Origin: Macrostomum lignano | Taxonomy: Eukaryota | Assembly: GCA_002269645.1 (NCBI GenBank) | Contig: NIVC01003072.1 | Span: forward strand, 45,489 to 109,488 | Length of the DNA stretch: 64,000 nucleotides | Reading direction: 5' to 3' | In this document: in pieces, positions 36,081 to 50,864 of the stretch | How the letters are laid out: the number at the start of each line of letters is the position of its first letter | How positions within the stretch are numbered: position 1 is the stretch's first letter | The notes under the pieces: model-generated | Databases searched by the model: none | Told to the model about the DNA's origin: nothing | Seen by the model: the letters and a program-made list of their open reading frames with translations, nothing else | Position numbers and translations under genes: made by a program

Positions 36081-38401
36081 TAATAAGGCGCTTTTCGCCG
36101 TGGCGGCGACCGATGCGTCTGCGCAGCGCAGGAAGCCGTCGTTAGTCGAGGAGACTGCGGTCCGAAGCACCCAGTGGCAGCAGCACGAAGAGAAACGGCG
36201 CCAAAGTGTCGCCATGCAGAACTCCTGATGAAGTGTCGAACTGATGATGATTTACATGTATGTAATCGCCCTACTAGTGAACCGTCTTCTCATGGGGGAA
36301 GGATCAGATCGTATGACTATGGATGGCTGCCAGCCGTCTATGACCAGACTATGACCGACAGATCGCCCTTCAGGTTGTCCCGCCCATGCATATTGATAAC
36401 AATTTTTGGTAGTGCTATATTAGAGACGCGGTAAGGACCCAAATGTGCCCCATCGATAGCTAAGGTGCAAATATTGATCATCGGGTTATTGCATGACCCA
36501 CTGGCTGCCACCACTCTGTGACCTGGCGAACCTGGATCTACGGTATGACCAGACCTGGCGAGGCCGGAGCCCCGCCTGGGATGGGTATCAAGGGTTGGAG
36601 CTAGCGGCGAGCAGCATGCAGCCGAATAGCTATAATAGGAATCTGCTTGGGCACAAATCGGGAACTCCGGGATCATACAGACGGATTTTTATCAGGGGAT
36701 CCTTTTAAGGCTGTGATGACATACGGTTCAGATTGCAAAAAGTACATGTAGTGTATAGAGAAAACGTAGAACAGCTATACATGTACATCTAGTTGTGTAA
36801 ATGAATCCATGGTTCTATCTGCTATTTCCGTTTCAAATTGTATGTAAAATATAACTTAAGTTGTACCTGAAACTCAACGCATATCTTTCGCATTGTGGAT
36901 TTTGCATAAGGAGTAAAAAGTGCTTGAAAATACTCTTGAGAATGATAATTGTTCAAAACCCCGAAAAGCCGGTGGCCAAACCCGACCCGAACCGCGAACC
37001 CGGTACCCCTACCCCGAACCCCGAACCCGGTACCAAAACCCGACCCGAAACCCGACCCGACCCCGAACCCCGAACACCCCTATTCTTGGAGTAAGATTTG
37101 CTAATCCTGCTTCTAGTTTCTATAGGATCCCCTTGGCCAGCCCTCGAGCGGACCCATAGCTTTACTAGCCACATTGAGAATCGATATAAGGGAGAGAACT
37201 GTGAGAGGCACAGCTCAATGGGCTTATGCTTCCCGGCTCTAACCCTGTGAATTGCAGACAGGAAACTGCAACAAGGAGAGGCGGTTACTGCAGCACAGGC
37301 AGGAGTGGCGGCAGGTGTGGCGGCTCTGTAAAATGCTTGAACAGCTAGCGAATTCCTATAACTATAAATGGGAGAAAGGAAAAATTATAGAAATTCCTAA
37401 GCGAGAAAAAAATCAAAAACTGCTGACGCCGAATGAGCTGTGGAGCTGTGAGCGAGACAGTGACAGACTGAGCTGCCAAGTTGGAAACCCAATCCATTGT
37501 AAAAGCAGATTTTCTCTGTTGAGGGAAAAATGCAAAAAAAGGTTGTATCCAAAGTTTCATTTTGCACTTGGCGCTGTCCACTTTTCGCGTCTCAGTCGAC
37601 AGCAGACACTTCAGAGTAACTAACGGAATTTTACATACACTTTAATACACAGCGACTTGTCAAAAACACAAGACAAGAGGAAGTATATTTTCACACAGAA
37701 GCATCCAACTTAGTGCATGTCTATGGACGAAACCCCCGAAGAAGCGTTTATAATTTGTCAAATTTTGCTTGTCACTTTTGTCACTTGTCGATTTGTCAAG
37801 TTGGAAATTTTGTCCGACATATGCTTTATGAAATAGGCCCCAGGCATGTACACTCTGTGCCTTGGCAGGTTGGCCCCTCATGGAGTCTAATTAATGTACA
37901 TAAAACATCTATAGAATTACACCGTAGATCACAAGGTCAGTCATCATGTAAATTCCAATTTAATAATAAGATTAATTATAGTTCAGGCCCGGGGTTCTGA
38001 TAATTGGATACTAAAAAATTATTTATGAGCCTACACAAATCGATAGGTAATTGATCATGCTGGCATGACTATCTATGGATAGGGTAAGGTAGTCAATAAA
38101 AAGCTTGCTAATTGAATTTGGGCTCTACCCCTATCCCCAATATGATATTTCAGTATCATCACCTCTCTTAGAGAGAATTTCAGAATATCGTCATTAATTG
38201 CAGTTCCACACACACAGGAAACCCAGAAATTTAATGCTGCATCCCACAGTCTGGGACTCAGCCCACACTCTCTGGATTTTGAGCACTTTTTATACGAGTT
38301 CGAATACGCTTGGGAAAAATTTCCTCCTCAAATTTTTTTAAGTAAAAAACTTTCTGCTATTAAACTTTTTGCTGGGCTATTGCGCACGCGAATCGAGGGT
38401 A

Positions 38402-38448
38402 CAGGGAGTGAGCTAGCGATTTAAAATCCGGGGTCGCTGCACACCCTG
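38402..38448. mobile_element. 47-bp Tc1/mariner-like remnant
   Basis: TA|CAGGGAGTG...CACACCCTG|TA: short imperfect inverted ends flanked by TA. Confidence 0.35.
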
Positions 38449-38749
38449 TATAAGTAAACTGCTTCGAAAGAGAAATTCACATGTAGCCAGTATAAAGTTT
38501 TGTACAGACAATGAGTCGTATTTAAAAAGTTTTTAAAGATTAAAATGCTTCAGTCTTTCAGAAGAAAGGCATTTTTCAAGTCGGCTCTTTAATCCCTTAA
38601 AGTCTGTTTTCTAGCCTAAGATCCCAGTATCAGCATCCCCTTTAAGCCTTGGCATTGCAGGATTTCACATTGATTGATGGCACCTTAGCAACTCCCCTTT
38701 AGTCATGACCGAAGCCTAACTCTCTCTCTCTCTCTCTGATGCTTGGTCT

Positions 38750-38990
38750 CTCAGCAATTCCCCCAGTAAGCCTTGGCATCTCCGCAAACCCCCCGTGAGC
38801 CTAGACATCTCAGCAAACTCCCCCCCGTGAGCCTTGGCATCTCAGCAAACTCCCCCCGTGAGCCTAGACATCTCAGCAAACTCCCCCCCCGTGAGCCTTG
38901 GCATCTCAGCAAACCCCCCCCGTGAGCCTAGGAATCTCAGCAACTCCCCCCGTGAACCTTGACATCTCAGCAACTTCCCCCGTTAGCCTT
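38750..38990 (+). repeat. ~32-bp tandem repeat (gtgagccttggcatctcagcaaactcccccc)
   Basis: About 7 units with variable C-run length. Confidence 0.88.
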
Positions 38991-39064
38991 GTTCGTTTTC
39001 CTTAAGTTTAAGAGTCAAAGTTCAGGGAAGGGGAATAAGTATGTCGGTGAGTAGGGGGCCAGAG

Positions 39065-40962
39065 TGTGTCTACCGCAACTATCTACCCTACTACAAGTGT
39101 GTCTAGTAAGCAAATATTTACCCTACCACAAGTGTATCTACTACAGCAAATATCTACCCTACTACAAGTGTGTCTACTACAGCAACTATCTACCCTACTA
39201 CAAGTGTGTCTACTACAGCAACTATCTACCCTACTACAAGTGTGTCTACTACAGCAACTATCTACCCTACTACAAGTGTGTCTACTACAGCAACTATCTA
39301 CCCTACTACAAGTGTGTCTACTACAGCAACTATCTACCCTACTACAAGTGTGTCTACTACAGCAACTATCTACCCTACTACAAGTGTGTCTACTACAGCA
39401 ACTATCTACCCTACTACAAGTGTGTCTTCTACAGCAAATATCTACCCTACTACAAGTGTGTCTACTACAGCAAATATCTACCCTACTACAAGTGTGTCTG
39501 CTACAGCAAATATCTACCCTACTACAAGTGTGTCTACTACAGCAAATATCTACCCTACTACAAGTGTATCTACTACAGCAAATATCTACCCTACTACAAG
39601 TGTGTCTACTACAGCAACTATCTACCCTACTACAAGTGTGTCTGCTACAGCAACTATCTACCCTACTACAAGTGTGTCTTCTACAGCAAATATCTACCCT
39701 ACTACAAGTGTGTCTACTACAGCAAATATCTACCCTACTACAAGTGTGTCTACTACAGCAACTATCTACCCTACTACAAGTGTGTCTACTACAGCAACTA
39801 TCTACCCTACTACAAGTGTATCTACTACAGCAAATATCTACCCTACTACAAGTGTGTCTACTACAGCAACTATCTACCCTACTACAAGTGTGTCTACTAC
39901 AGCAACTATCTACCCTACTACAAGTGTGTCTACTACAGCAAATATCTACCCTACTACAAGTGTGTCTACTACAGCAACTATCTACCCTACTACAAGTGTG
40001 TCTTCTACAGCAACTATCTACCCTACTACAAGTGTGTCTTCTACAGCAAATATCTACCCTACTACAAGTGTGTCTACTACAGCAACTATCTACCCTACTA
40101 CAAGTGTGTCTACTACAGCAAATATCTACCCTACTACAAGTGTGTCTACTACAGCAACTATCTACCCTACTACAAGTGTATCTACTACAGCAAATATCTA
40201 CCCTACTACAAGTGTGTCTACTACAGCAACTATCTACCCTACTACAAGTGTGTCTACTACAGCAACTATCTACCCTACTACAAGTGTATCTACTACAGCA
40301 ACTATCTACCCTACTACAAGTGTGTCTACTACAGCAAATATCTACCCTACTACAAGTGTGTCTACTACAGCAACTATCTACCCTACTACAAGTGTATCTA
40401 CTACAGCAAATATCTACCCTACTACAAGTGTGTCTACTACAGCAAATATCTACCCTACTACAAGTGTGTCTACTACAGCAACTATCTACCCTACTACAAG
40501 TGTGTCTACTACAGCAAATATCTACCCTACTACAAGTGTGTCTACTACAGCAACTATCTACCCTACTACAAGTGTATCTACTACAGCAACTATCTACCCT
40601 ACTACAAGTGTATCTACTACAGCAACTATCTACCCTACTACAAGTGTATCTACTACAGCAACTATCTACCCTACTACAAGTGTATCTACTACAGCAAATA
40701 TCTACCCTACTACAAGTGTATCTACTACAGCAACTATCTACCCTACTACAAGTGTATCTTCTACAGCAAATATCTACCCTACTACAAGTGTATCTACTAC
40801 AGCAACTATCTACCCTACTACAAGTGTATCTACTACAGCAACTATCTACCCTACTACAAGTGTATCTACTACAGCAACTATCTACCCTACTACAAGTGTA
40901 TCTACTACAGCAACTATCTACCCTACTACAAGTGTGTCTGCTACAGCAACTATCTACCCTAC
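39065..40962 (+). repeat. 36-bp minisatellite (caagtgtgtctactacagcaactatctaccctacta), about 52 copies
   Basis: Tandem units; explains the four ~600-aa ORFs at 39064-41045. Confidence 0.98.
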
Positions 40963-41652
40963 TAAACACCAAAGGCGATCTTAGCAAGCAGCAGTATCTC
41001 GAGTACTATCTCATCTCCGGTACAGCGCCAGTCTCTCTAGTGTAGCACTTGCAACGCCAAGCAGCTAAGCAAATATTGCAGCATGGCTCCGCTCTTCTCT
41101 CGGGGCCCATGCAGTGCAATATATTCTACTAGAAGAAGCTGCGAGCTCTTATCTCGTCTGGGAACACGAACAGACGCTAGCAGATGGTAAGCCTGACAAC
41201 CAGCCCTCCGTGTTGTATGTAGCAAATAATTAATCCCGAAAATCCCAACAGGTCTTAGACTCGCTCTTCTGCTGAGCAAATTTTGTCTCAATCTGAATGA
41301 ATTTGACTGAAGTTGACATCGATTGAACAGTTGAAGAATATAGTTTGTCAGCTTTCTGCTTTCGCTTGCTATCATTCCCAGCTCACACTGGCAGCGTGTG
41401 TGTGCATATTCTTTACTTCAATTCCTGGCAAGACGCATAAAAGAAAGGCGTTCCATTTTTTGGATTCTTTCTTTTAGAAGCAGCTGCTTTCAGTCACTCT
41501 CTCTCTCTCTCTTCCTGTCTCTCCTTTTGTCTTGCTGCTTGTTGCATTCCCCAACAGCTAGTGTCACTGTAAACATATTGCTGCAGCTACTCCAGCCCCC
41601 CCCCCAGCGACGTGTGTGGCCCTCATAGTCAGCTGACTCAAATGCACACAGG

Positions 41653-41869
<217 letters not shown>

Positions 41870-42374
41870 GTGGGAGAATTTTCCTCCCCATTTAAGCGCT
41901 GCAAGCCGGGGTGAGAGTGAATGGCTGCATTATTATTCCACCCATAGTTTTTCCTACTATCCCCATTCTCCCATTTCTTTACCATTCTTTCCCTCAAGCC
42001 ATCCCACAGGGCAACTATTGCTGGATCGAACTGGATATTTGCTTCCCTTCTCCCCCAGTTTCCCTGTCCGGCAACACGTCCCCAATCGTGCAGTTTCCCC
42101 AGTTGGCCTGTATTGGCCCAGTTTGAGTCAGTTTGAGTCCAACCCGTTGAATATTTAAGCAGTGCTGGGGTCTGAAGTTAGCCGGAATGGTTGGGACAGA
42201 GCAACAATGAACTGGGGTGCTGCCTCGGATACTATCATAATAGGGAGGCTGCGATGACATTTTTGAGTCGGTTTTATAGAGCCAAGCTCTTAACTAGCTC
42301 TGTTTTGTTTAATAGTAAGACAAAATATGCTTATTGTGATCAATGGTCCTAGGCTAGATATTGAGGAGAGTAGC

Positions 42375-42690
42375 ATTGATAATGAGGGTTGTATGATAGA
42401 TAATGAGGAGTGTAGGATAAATAATGAGGACTGTAGGATAGATAATGAGGAATATAGGATAGATAATGAAGAGTGTAGGATAGATAATGAGGAGTGTAGG
42501 ATAGATAATGAGGACTGTAGGATAGATAAGGAGGAATATAGGATAGATAAGGAGGAATATAGGATAGATAAGGAGGAATATAGGATAGATAGTGAGGAAT
42601 ATAGGATAGATAATGAAGATTGTAGGATAGATAATGAGGAATATAGGATAGACAATGAGTACTATATATAGGATAGATGATGAGGAGTGT
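42375..42690 (+). repeat. 21-bp minisatellite (taggatagataatgaggagtg)
   Basis: Tandem units. Confidence 0.9.
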
Positions 42691-43424
42691 AGGATTCAGT
42701 TTTGTTCATAGAACATAAAACTTTAATAATCGATACTACTTTGCTAGAAAGCAAACTGATAACTTGAAATAAGGCCACTGTTTCAAGCCTGACATTCTGT
42801 TTACCAGACTTAATTAGAGCAGACAATTGAGTAGAAGAAAATTTTCATCATTAAATCCAAGCAAAGCTGCTCAGTAAGCCTTGCTCTACTGCAGAGTTTC
42901 TCAGCTCTCTGTGGCCTGCAGTGAAAGTGAGACTAAATTATAATACTTTTTTCACACTACAGCAATAATTGCAGCTTAGGTCATGGGTTGGGTGTGTGCC
43001 AGTTTGCATGACTCAAACAGAGTTTTGAGTGATAGGTGGAATTGGCGCCGTATTATCAAATTTCTAGCACAGCCAACAACGGCTTAAGCTATAGCTATTC
43101 GAGACCAATATTGCTGCTTCCAGAGTTTTTTGTTATTGTTCTACCCAGGAGCAGCACAGCTCTGCGCCTTGAGCAGAGCGCGTACTGCACTTTTATATTT
43201 CATGCTCCACTCGTGTTCACCCGATCAACATACTCGGACGCTGGTACGTCTAGCTGTATCGCTCCTCTCGGATACAAATAAGCATTTTCGATTTCTGATG
43301 CAAGTGTTTTTTATTCCCCAGCTACATCACGCATCAGTTCTTAAAAATTGAAGTATCACTTACGATACTTGTACCTAAAGTCACCAAATAGAATATTGAA
43401 ATAATAGAATAGAATACAGAGTCA

Positions 43425-43755
43425 CCTATTACATTACAGAGTCACCAGTTACATTACATAGTCACCAATTACATTACAGAGTCACCAGTTACATTACAGA
43501 GTCACCAGTTACATTACAGAGTCACCAGTTACATTACAGAGTCACCAGTTACATTACAGAGTCACCAGTTACATTACATAGTCACCAGTTACATTACAGA
43601 GTCACCAATTACAGTACAGAGTCACCAATTACAGTACAGAGTCAACAATTATATTACAGAGTCACCAATTACATTAGAGTCACCAATTACAGTACAGAGT
43701 CACCAATTTCATTACAGAGTCACCAGTTACATTACAGAGTCACCAATTCCATTAC
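43425..43755 (+). repeat. 20-bp minisatellite (cagagtcaccagttacatta)
   Basis: Tandem units. Confidence 0.92.
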
Positions 43756-44009
43756 AGAGATTTTGACACACATGCAAATCAAGACAGACTTAAATACAGT
43801 GCTGGGAATCGAAGCAAGGGGACTTGAGTACGAGAGACACTTCGAATTAGCCTTATGTTTTAGATTGGAAGCATAATTTATCCACATATTTATTTGATAA
43901 AATGCAAAGTTCCTGTCACTGTCGACCAATGGTCCGCATAGGCCCGTGAAGCCTCTCTATCCGGCCCTCGGGTCCTTTGAAACTTCACACTAGCAATCCG
44001 GGGTTCGCG

Positions 44010-44440
44010 TCATTTCATCTTTCTTCTCGGTTCTCTCCTATCTCCTTTCTCCCCTCTCGTCTATTCTCTTTTCTCTCTCCTCTCTCTCTCTCACCTCTCC
44101 CATACTCTTTAATCTCTCCTCTACTCTCTCCTCTCTCTCCTCACCCCTCTCTCCTCTCTCCTCGGTCTTCTCATGTCTCCTCTCTCCTCTTTCCTCTCCT
44201 CTTATCTCTCCTCTCCTCTTCTCTCTCCTCTTCTCTCTCTCTCCTCTCCTCTCATCTCATCTCTCCTCTCCTTCCTCCTTTCTCCTCTCTCTTCTCATCT
44301 CTTTCATCTCCTCTCTTATCTCGTATCCTCTTCTCTCTTATCTCTTCTCTCATCGCAGCTCTCATCCCGCATCGCGCCTTTCACATCACATCTCATCTCT
44401 TCTCATATACTGTATCCTCTTCTCTCTCCTCTATTTTCTC
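44010..44440 (+). repeat. CT-rich low-complexity tract
   Basis: Seen directly. Confidence 0.85.
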
Positions 44441-44990
44441 TCGTGCGAAATCGTCTATGGTGAAAACCCAGTCAGCGCTACGCAGAAAATCAAATCTTCA
44501 ATTTTATAATTTGGGATTCAGAGTCCAGCTGGGGGAGATAACCGGGATTTCAGTGCCATCAAAACTGACAGTTTCATATTATAAAAATATCCTATAAAAC
44601 TGGTGTTTAAAATGAATTGCAACAGGACAGTCGTTTATTAATAGGATAGTTTTAACGATTCAATCACCATATATAGCATTCGTCGCTAGTTTATTTAAGT
44701 ATTTATTTAAAATTATTGATTATCATAAGACTTATTAAGTTAATTAGAGAGAATGGAGATAATAAATTTCTAAGGTTTAGATTTGGTCAAAAAAGCAGTT
44801 CAAACACAGTGATGACAGCTTTGGATTAGAGGGCCCTGACAGATTGTGGTATAAATAATGATAATAGCAATAGCAATACATTAGATTCTAACAATGCAGT
44901 CAGCTTTTTTCAGATTATAAATATTTATAGTTTCAGTTTGCTCAAATAATATCCGGACGCAGCCTCATCAAGCCGTCAGTCAGTAGTTGC

Positions 44991-45452
44991 TCAGGCGTGG
45001 AAGATCTTCATCTTGGCAGCCATGTTGTTGAACTCGTCGAAGCTGATGGCGCCGTCTTTGTCGGTGTCAGCCTCGTTCAGCATCTGCTGCAGCTGCTCGT
45101 CGGAGAGGCCCTCCTTCAGGATGTCGTTCATGACAGCCCGGAGCTCCTGCAGGGAGATCACGCCGTCCTTGTTCTGGTCCAGCAGCTGGAAGATCTTCTC
45201 CTTCTCGGACTGGGGCCGGTGCCCGCCCTTGGACAGGAAGCTGTTCATCATGTTGACGAACTCGCCGAATTCCAGGGTGCCGTTCTCGTTCTTGTCGAAC
45301 TCTTTGATGAGAGCTTCGGCCTCAACTCGGGTGATGGTGTGTCCGGCGGCGCGGATCAGGTTCACCAGCTCCTTGGCCTCGATGGTGCCATTGCCATTAG
45401 CATCGGCGCTGTCGAACACCTTCTTCAGAACTTGTTCGCTCTCGCTGGCCAT
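44991..45452 (-). CDS. Calmodulin-like protein, 4 EF-hands, intronless CDS (153 aa); paralogue of 32441-32941
   Basis: Loops DANGNGTIEAKE, DKNENGTLEFGE, DQNKDGVISLQE, DTDKDGAISFDE. Confidence 0.95.
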   Translation of the reverse strand: MASESEQVLKKVFDSADANGNGTIEAKELVNLIRAAGHTITRVEAEALIKEFDKNENGTLEFGEFVNMMNSFLSKGGHRPQSEKEKIFQLLDQNKDGVISLQELRAVMNDILKEGLSDEQLQQMLNEADTDKDGAISFDEFNNMAAKMKIFHA

Positions 45453-47529
45453 GGCTTGTTAATTTTCGAGTCTGCAATGGAGCTGGAAGGAAACCGACTG
45501 AAGGAATGGTTTGCAGCAGCAGCAAGGGGCTTGGCCTGTGGGGGCAGTTTTATTCCCCCCTTCGCTGGATCGTTTGGCGGAGGGGGGGAGGGGAGATTTG
45601 AGGGGCGCCAGACCTCGCGCTGAAGCTCATTGGCCTAAAGCAGTTGTCAGAGCCAGAGTTGAGTACTGAGCCAAGGAGATCCAGATTCAGCAATCTGGAG
45701 AGGAAGCTCTATTGCCTGGAGCGGATCGTGGGACTCTAAAATTACTAGGGCATGGTGTGTGCACGAAAAAATGATCCAGCGGTTTGTAGTGCGATTAAAG
45801 GAGCTTAAAAAGGGACCTGTTTATGCGCGAAACAGATTCTAACGTGGTCTGACTACAGCTATTGGCTACTCAAATCATTGAACTCTCCGCTTTAAGGAAA
45901 TGACAGAAGCATTTTTGTTGCAGGAACTAACATAGGGGATTAATACTCTGTCAGACAGTAAACCCGTGCGAGCTAGAAGTCCTCCACTTCCGTATACTCG
46001 TAGCTATGCTTTAGACCAGTCTGCTCCCACAGATTAGCTGCTGTGCTCCGCACAACCGTGCCTAAAGCCGAGCGCGAGTCCTGACTGCAGTGAACAAACA
46101 GTGGAGTTATAGTTTGCGTGCGAGTCCATGGACTGCTGCTGGATAATATCTGGACAGCGAGCTAATGCAAATGCATATAGAGTCGATTAAAGTTATAGGG
46201 AGTCTCCAAGTGTCTTTAAAACCTTAGAACGCATTGCAGACATGAAGAATGCAAAATATGCAAAAATCGGGACCCAGAGACTCCCAGGTCTAATCTGGAC
46301 TCAGAGACACCAAATGTCTAATCGGGACTCGAAGACTCCCAGGTCTAATCGGGACTCAGAGACACCAAATGTCCAATCGGGACTCACAGACACCAAAAAG
46401 GTCTAATCTGGACTCAATCTCTAATCGGGGCTAAGTTAAATAGTATTTCAGTATTTGGGGTTGATTAACATCCTTCCAGTCCAGACACTCGACTGCGGTA
46501 GTCTTCGGTTGCAACAGGCGGCGCCAGAAAAAAGCCGAATGCAAAGAGAGAAAAAAGAAGCAACAAAAACACTGCCCCGGCCTATCTCTGCTTTGGCTCT
46601 CGTTCGCTTTAATTTTCCAAAAAAACCTCCTCTCTGTGGTCCTCAGGCCATCTCCACGTTCGGCCTAGCTATCGATTCATGAATAATTAATAAGCTTTTT
46701 CCCCAAGCCTTTTTCCCTTCCTGAGGGCCGAGAAGCAGAGAGGAGCAAGATCATACATCGGCCTGGCAGAGATCAGGGATGCGGTGTCCCGGGAAGAGAT
46801 ATGGGCGCTGAGAGAGCAGCGAAAACCACAAAACCGGCGTGTACAACGAAAATCACACTAAAATCACTCAATTAGAAAAATAATTGCAGGAGAAGGGCTG
46901 CGGGCTCCCCGGAGACATCGGGCCCACAACCAGCTCTGCACGAGGGAACGCACTCGTTGAACACGCTCACACAGGCTGTGCAGCGGTCCTGACTGTTAAA
47001 TCGGTCAGACATGTACACTCTCTAAGCCTTGGGGGCTGGGCCCTCATGGGGTGTAGATCGCACGACAACCCATTGGACAATGTTTAGTGCACAGGCAAGC
47101 CTCAAATTAATGTATTGTAGCACCGCGCACAGATTCGAACCCAGGGGTCGTGACGAGAAAATCAGACGCGTTCATCGATCTGAGCTGCCTCTGCTTCGAG
47201 ACCTTGGCTAGGCCATAAAAATATAACTGAACCCGTAATAAAATACGAAATCGATTGAAAAAAGCTTTCTGCATGAGCCCCCCCCTTCCAGGGAGCAGAG
47301 AGGAGAAGCAAGGTGATTGTAAAGATTGCTTTTGCAAGGAGCTTGTAAATTTGCTAGCAATTTTTCCCAGATATTTATGAGCAGAGTGCTTTGAGCTATA
47401 AGAAATTCTCAGGTTTTTACCAACTGCACCAAGTTTGATGCTGTCAACTGCCGCTGTTACAGACTGTATAGAGATTCTGTAGACATACCCGTGGAATTTA
47501 GGAGACTTTCAGTTTAGTGGTTGCCATCC

Positions 47530-47965
47530 CTGTAGACATGCCTGTAGATATCCCTGCAGATATTTCTGTAGATAGCCCTGTAGATATCCCTGTAGATATC
47601 CCTGTAGATATCCCTGTAGACATCATGTAGATATCCCTGCAGATATTTCTGTAGATAGCCCTGTAGATATCCCTGTAGATATCCCTGTAGATATCCCTGT
47701 AGACATCATGTAGATATCCCTGCAGATATTTCTGTAGATAGCCCTGTAGATATCCCTGTAGATATCCCTGTAGATATCCCTGCAGATATTTCTGTAGATA
47801 GCCCTGTAGATATCCCTGTAGATATCCCTGTAGATATCCCTGTAGACATCATGTAGATATCTTTGTAGATATCTCTGTAGATATATCTGTAGATATCTCT
47901 GTAGATATATCTGTAGATATCTCTGTAGATATATCTGTAGATATCTCTGTAGATATATCTGTAGA
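47530..47965 (+). repeat. 12-bp minisatellite (tgtagatatccc / tgtagatatctc)
   Basis: Tandem units. Confidence 0.92.
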
Positions 47966-48419
47966 TGCTTTTATAGATGACTTTGCAAATGTCGATTTAG
48001 ATTCTCTATGCTATATTTTTATACAGATTCCAACGAAGCTATTCGTATCCAGATGACCTATAGATGCTATCTGGATATCCCAAGCTATAACTGATTCTCA
48101 TAGATGTCTGCGCTCGCAAATGAGCACAAAAACTCCATCCATGCCTTTCCTATGATAATTATAACTACTAAAATAGCTGGTTAAAATTTATTGTTTACAT
48201 TGACAACATACAATTGGCACTGAGACTATCTGCGAGTGCGCAGCGCTGAGTCTGCTCAGATTTTATTGATACAGTGAGTATTCTGCCGTGTAGGCACAGA
48301 CAAAATTCTGAAGCCCAAAGCAAACAAGTAATTCTGTTTTTGTATCAATACAAACTCTAGTAACTGAGATTTGCTCCACAAAATTCTACAGAGTTATTTA
48401 ATTAGTTTGTTTCTTATAG

Positions 48420-49526
<1,107 letters not shown>

Positions 49527-49966
49527 CGAGCTAGTTAACGCTGATTGTGGGACGGATGTCACCGAAGGGAGCTCACAACCCTCCAGCAGCCAGTCCTAGT
49601 CGCTACTCCAGATGCCTATAGTTCTAGTTCTCCATGTAACCTTTTGTCTAAAAGCAATCGTTTAAATTGGATAAGGTTGCTTCACGGCTGCGTCACTCTA
49701 TTCTAAAAGTGAATTGATGGTTGAGTATAAGGCTGCAGCCGCCCAAGAGACAGTGAAAGGGGTTGAAAATCCAATTTGGCTGATGGATTCCTCATTTCCT
49801 TCTGAAATAACTGCATAGACCATATGGAGCTGGCCCCTTTATCGTGTGACAACTCACGCCAGCTATAGTCAACCAGCAGTCATTTTCACGGGAGTTTCGC
49901 GTTATTATGCGCGAGTTTATCAATCGTTGAAGTTGCACCCGACTGCAGATTTATAGAGTTCACTAC

Positions 49967-50458
49967 AACAACAACAACAACAAAATACGCTGTCATGATG
50001 GTAAAAGTCAGCGTCACAGGGCGCGCTTCATGGCTTGGGCGCGAACAAAGGCCGCGCCACCGGCAGTGTCCGGGGCGCCGGCGTCAGCCAGCAGACAGTC
50101 GACATAACGCCGAGTTCGCGCTTGACCTCGCCGGTAGGGTGCCTGCAGCGTGAGCAGCAGCACCTCCTGCACCGGCTGTGGGCAGTACGACTCGGCGCGG
50201 ATGAGATGGCCTGCGAGCTGGAGTCGCCGACGGCGCAGTAGATCACTTGGACGTGGCAGGCCAGCGCGGCGATAGAGTGCCGCGTTGGTGACTCGCTCGA
50301 CGCCGATGTTGAAGGCGGCGCGCAGCAGACCAGCGTGCGCCGCATCGACTTGCTGTTCGAGTGAGTCCGTCAGCGTCCAGGTCTCGGCGTTGTACAGCAG
50401 GACGGTCTCGATTACCGCCTGGAACAGCGCCGCCCTCTGGCGGTCCGGTAGGGCTTCG
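49967..50458 (-). mobile_element. 5'-truncated LINE insertion with a (TTG)n tail and 13-bp TSD
   Basis: ORF LFQAVIETVLLYNAETWTLT..LQLAGHLIR is the typical post-RT C-terminus of non-LTR elements. TSD TAGAGTTCACTAC at 49954-49966 and 50459-50471. Confidence 0.93.
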
Positions 50459-50864
50459 TAGAGTTCACTACGAAGCCATCTCAAATCCATAATGAGGCTG
50501 CAGCTCAATCAAAGCGACATGACTATCTAATTGGCTAATTATCGAACACCCGGAATGCAGAATTCGACTTTGTAAAATTAGTTCCTAGAAAGATCTTCCT
50601 CTCATTTCTTCTGCGTCCAATCCTATTCCTATTCCTAATCAAATTCAGGTCATGTATGAGTGCCGACTATTAAGCCCTCATTAATTTGTACATTATAAAT
50701 GTACTTAAGGACTCGAGCTTCAGTCGACAGCTTGGCGTTGCCTAAAAGACTTTCTTCTTTTGTCCGCCTTCCCACAACCAGGCCCATCGATCAAGACGTC
50801 TTCAAGTCCCATTCCAAATGCGAAGTTTTTGCAATTGTATAAGCTTATATTCTAAACTTCTTAC

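Larger units (their letters stand above)
33974..37082. mobile_element. 3.1-kb non-autonomous hAT transposon with nested cargo
   Basis: 14-bp TIR TAGGGGTGTTCGGG / CCCGAACACCCCTA; perfect 8-bp TSD TTCTTGGA (33966-33973, 37083-37090); dense AACCCCG/ACCCGA subterminal repeats at both ends; no transposase ORF. Confidence 0.93.

Noticed and set aside
39064-41045. Four overlapping 600-660-aa ORFs (YYKCVYYSNYLP, LLQVCLLQQLST, TTSVSTTATIYP repeats; the last is mucin-like)
   Set aside because: They are translations of a 36-bp minisatellite that is stop-free in several frames. There is no unique coding flank or splice context. Not CRISPR-like because there are no unique spacers.
44997-45623. Plus-strand 208-aa ORF, and similar antisense ORFs over Rab, EF-hand and WD40 exons
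   Set aside because: Antisense shadows of GC-rich coding exons.
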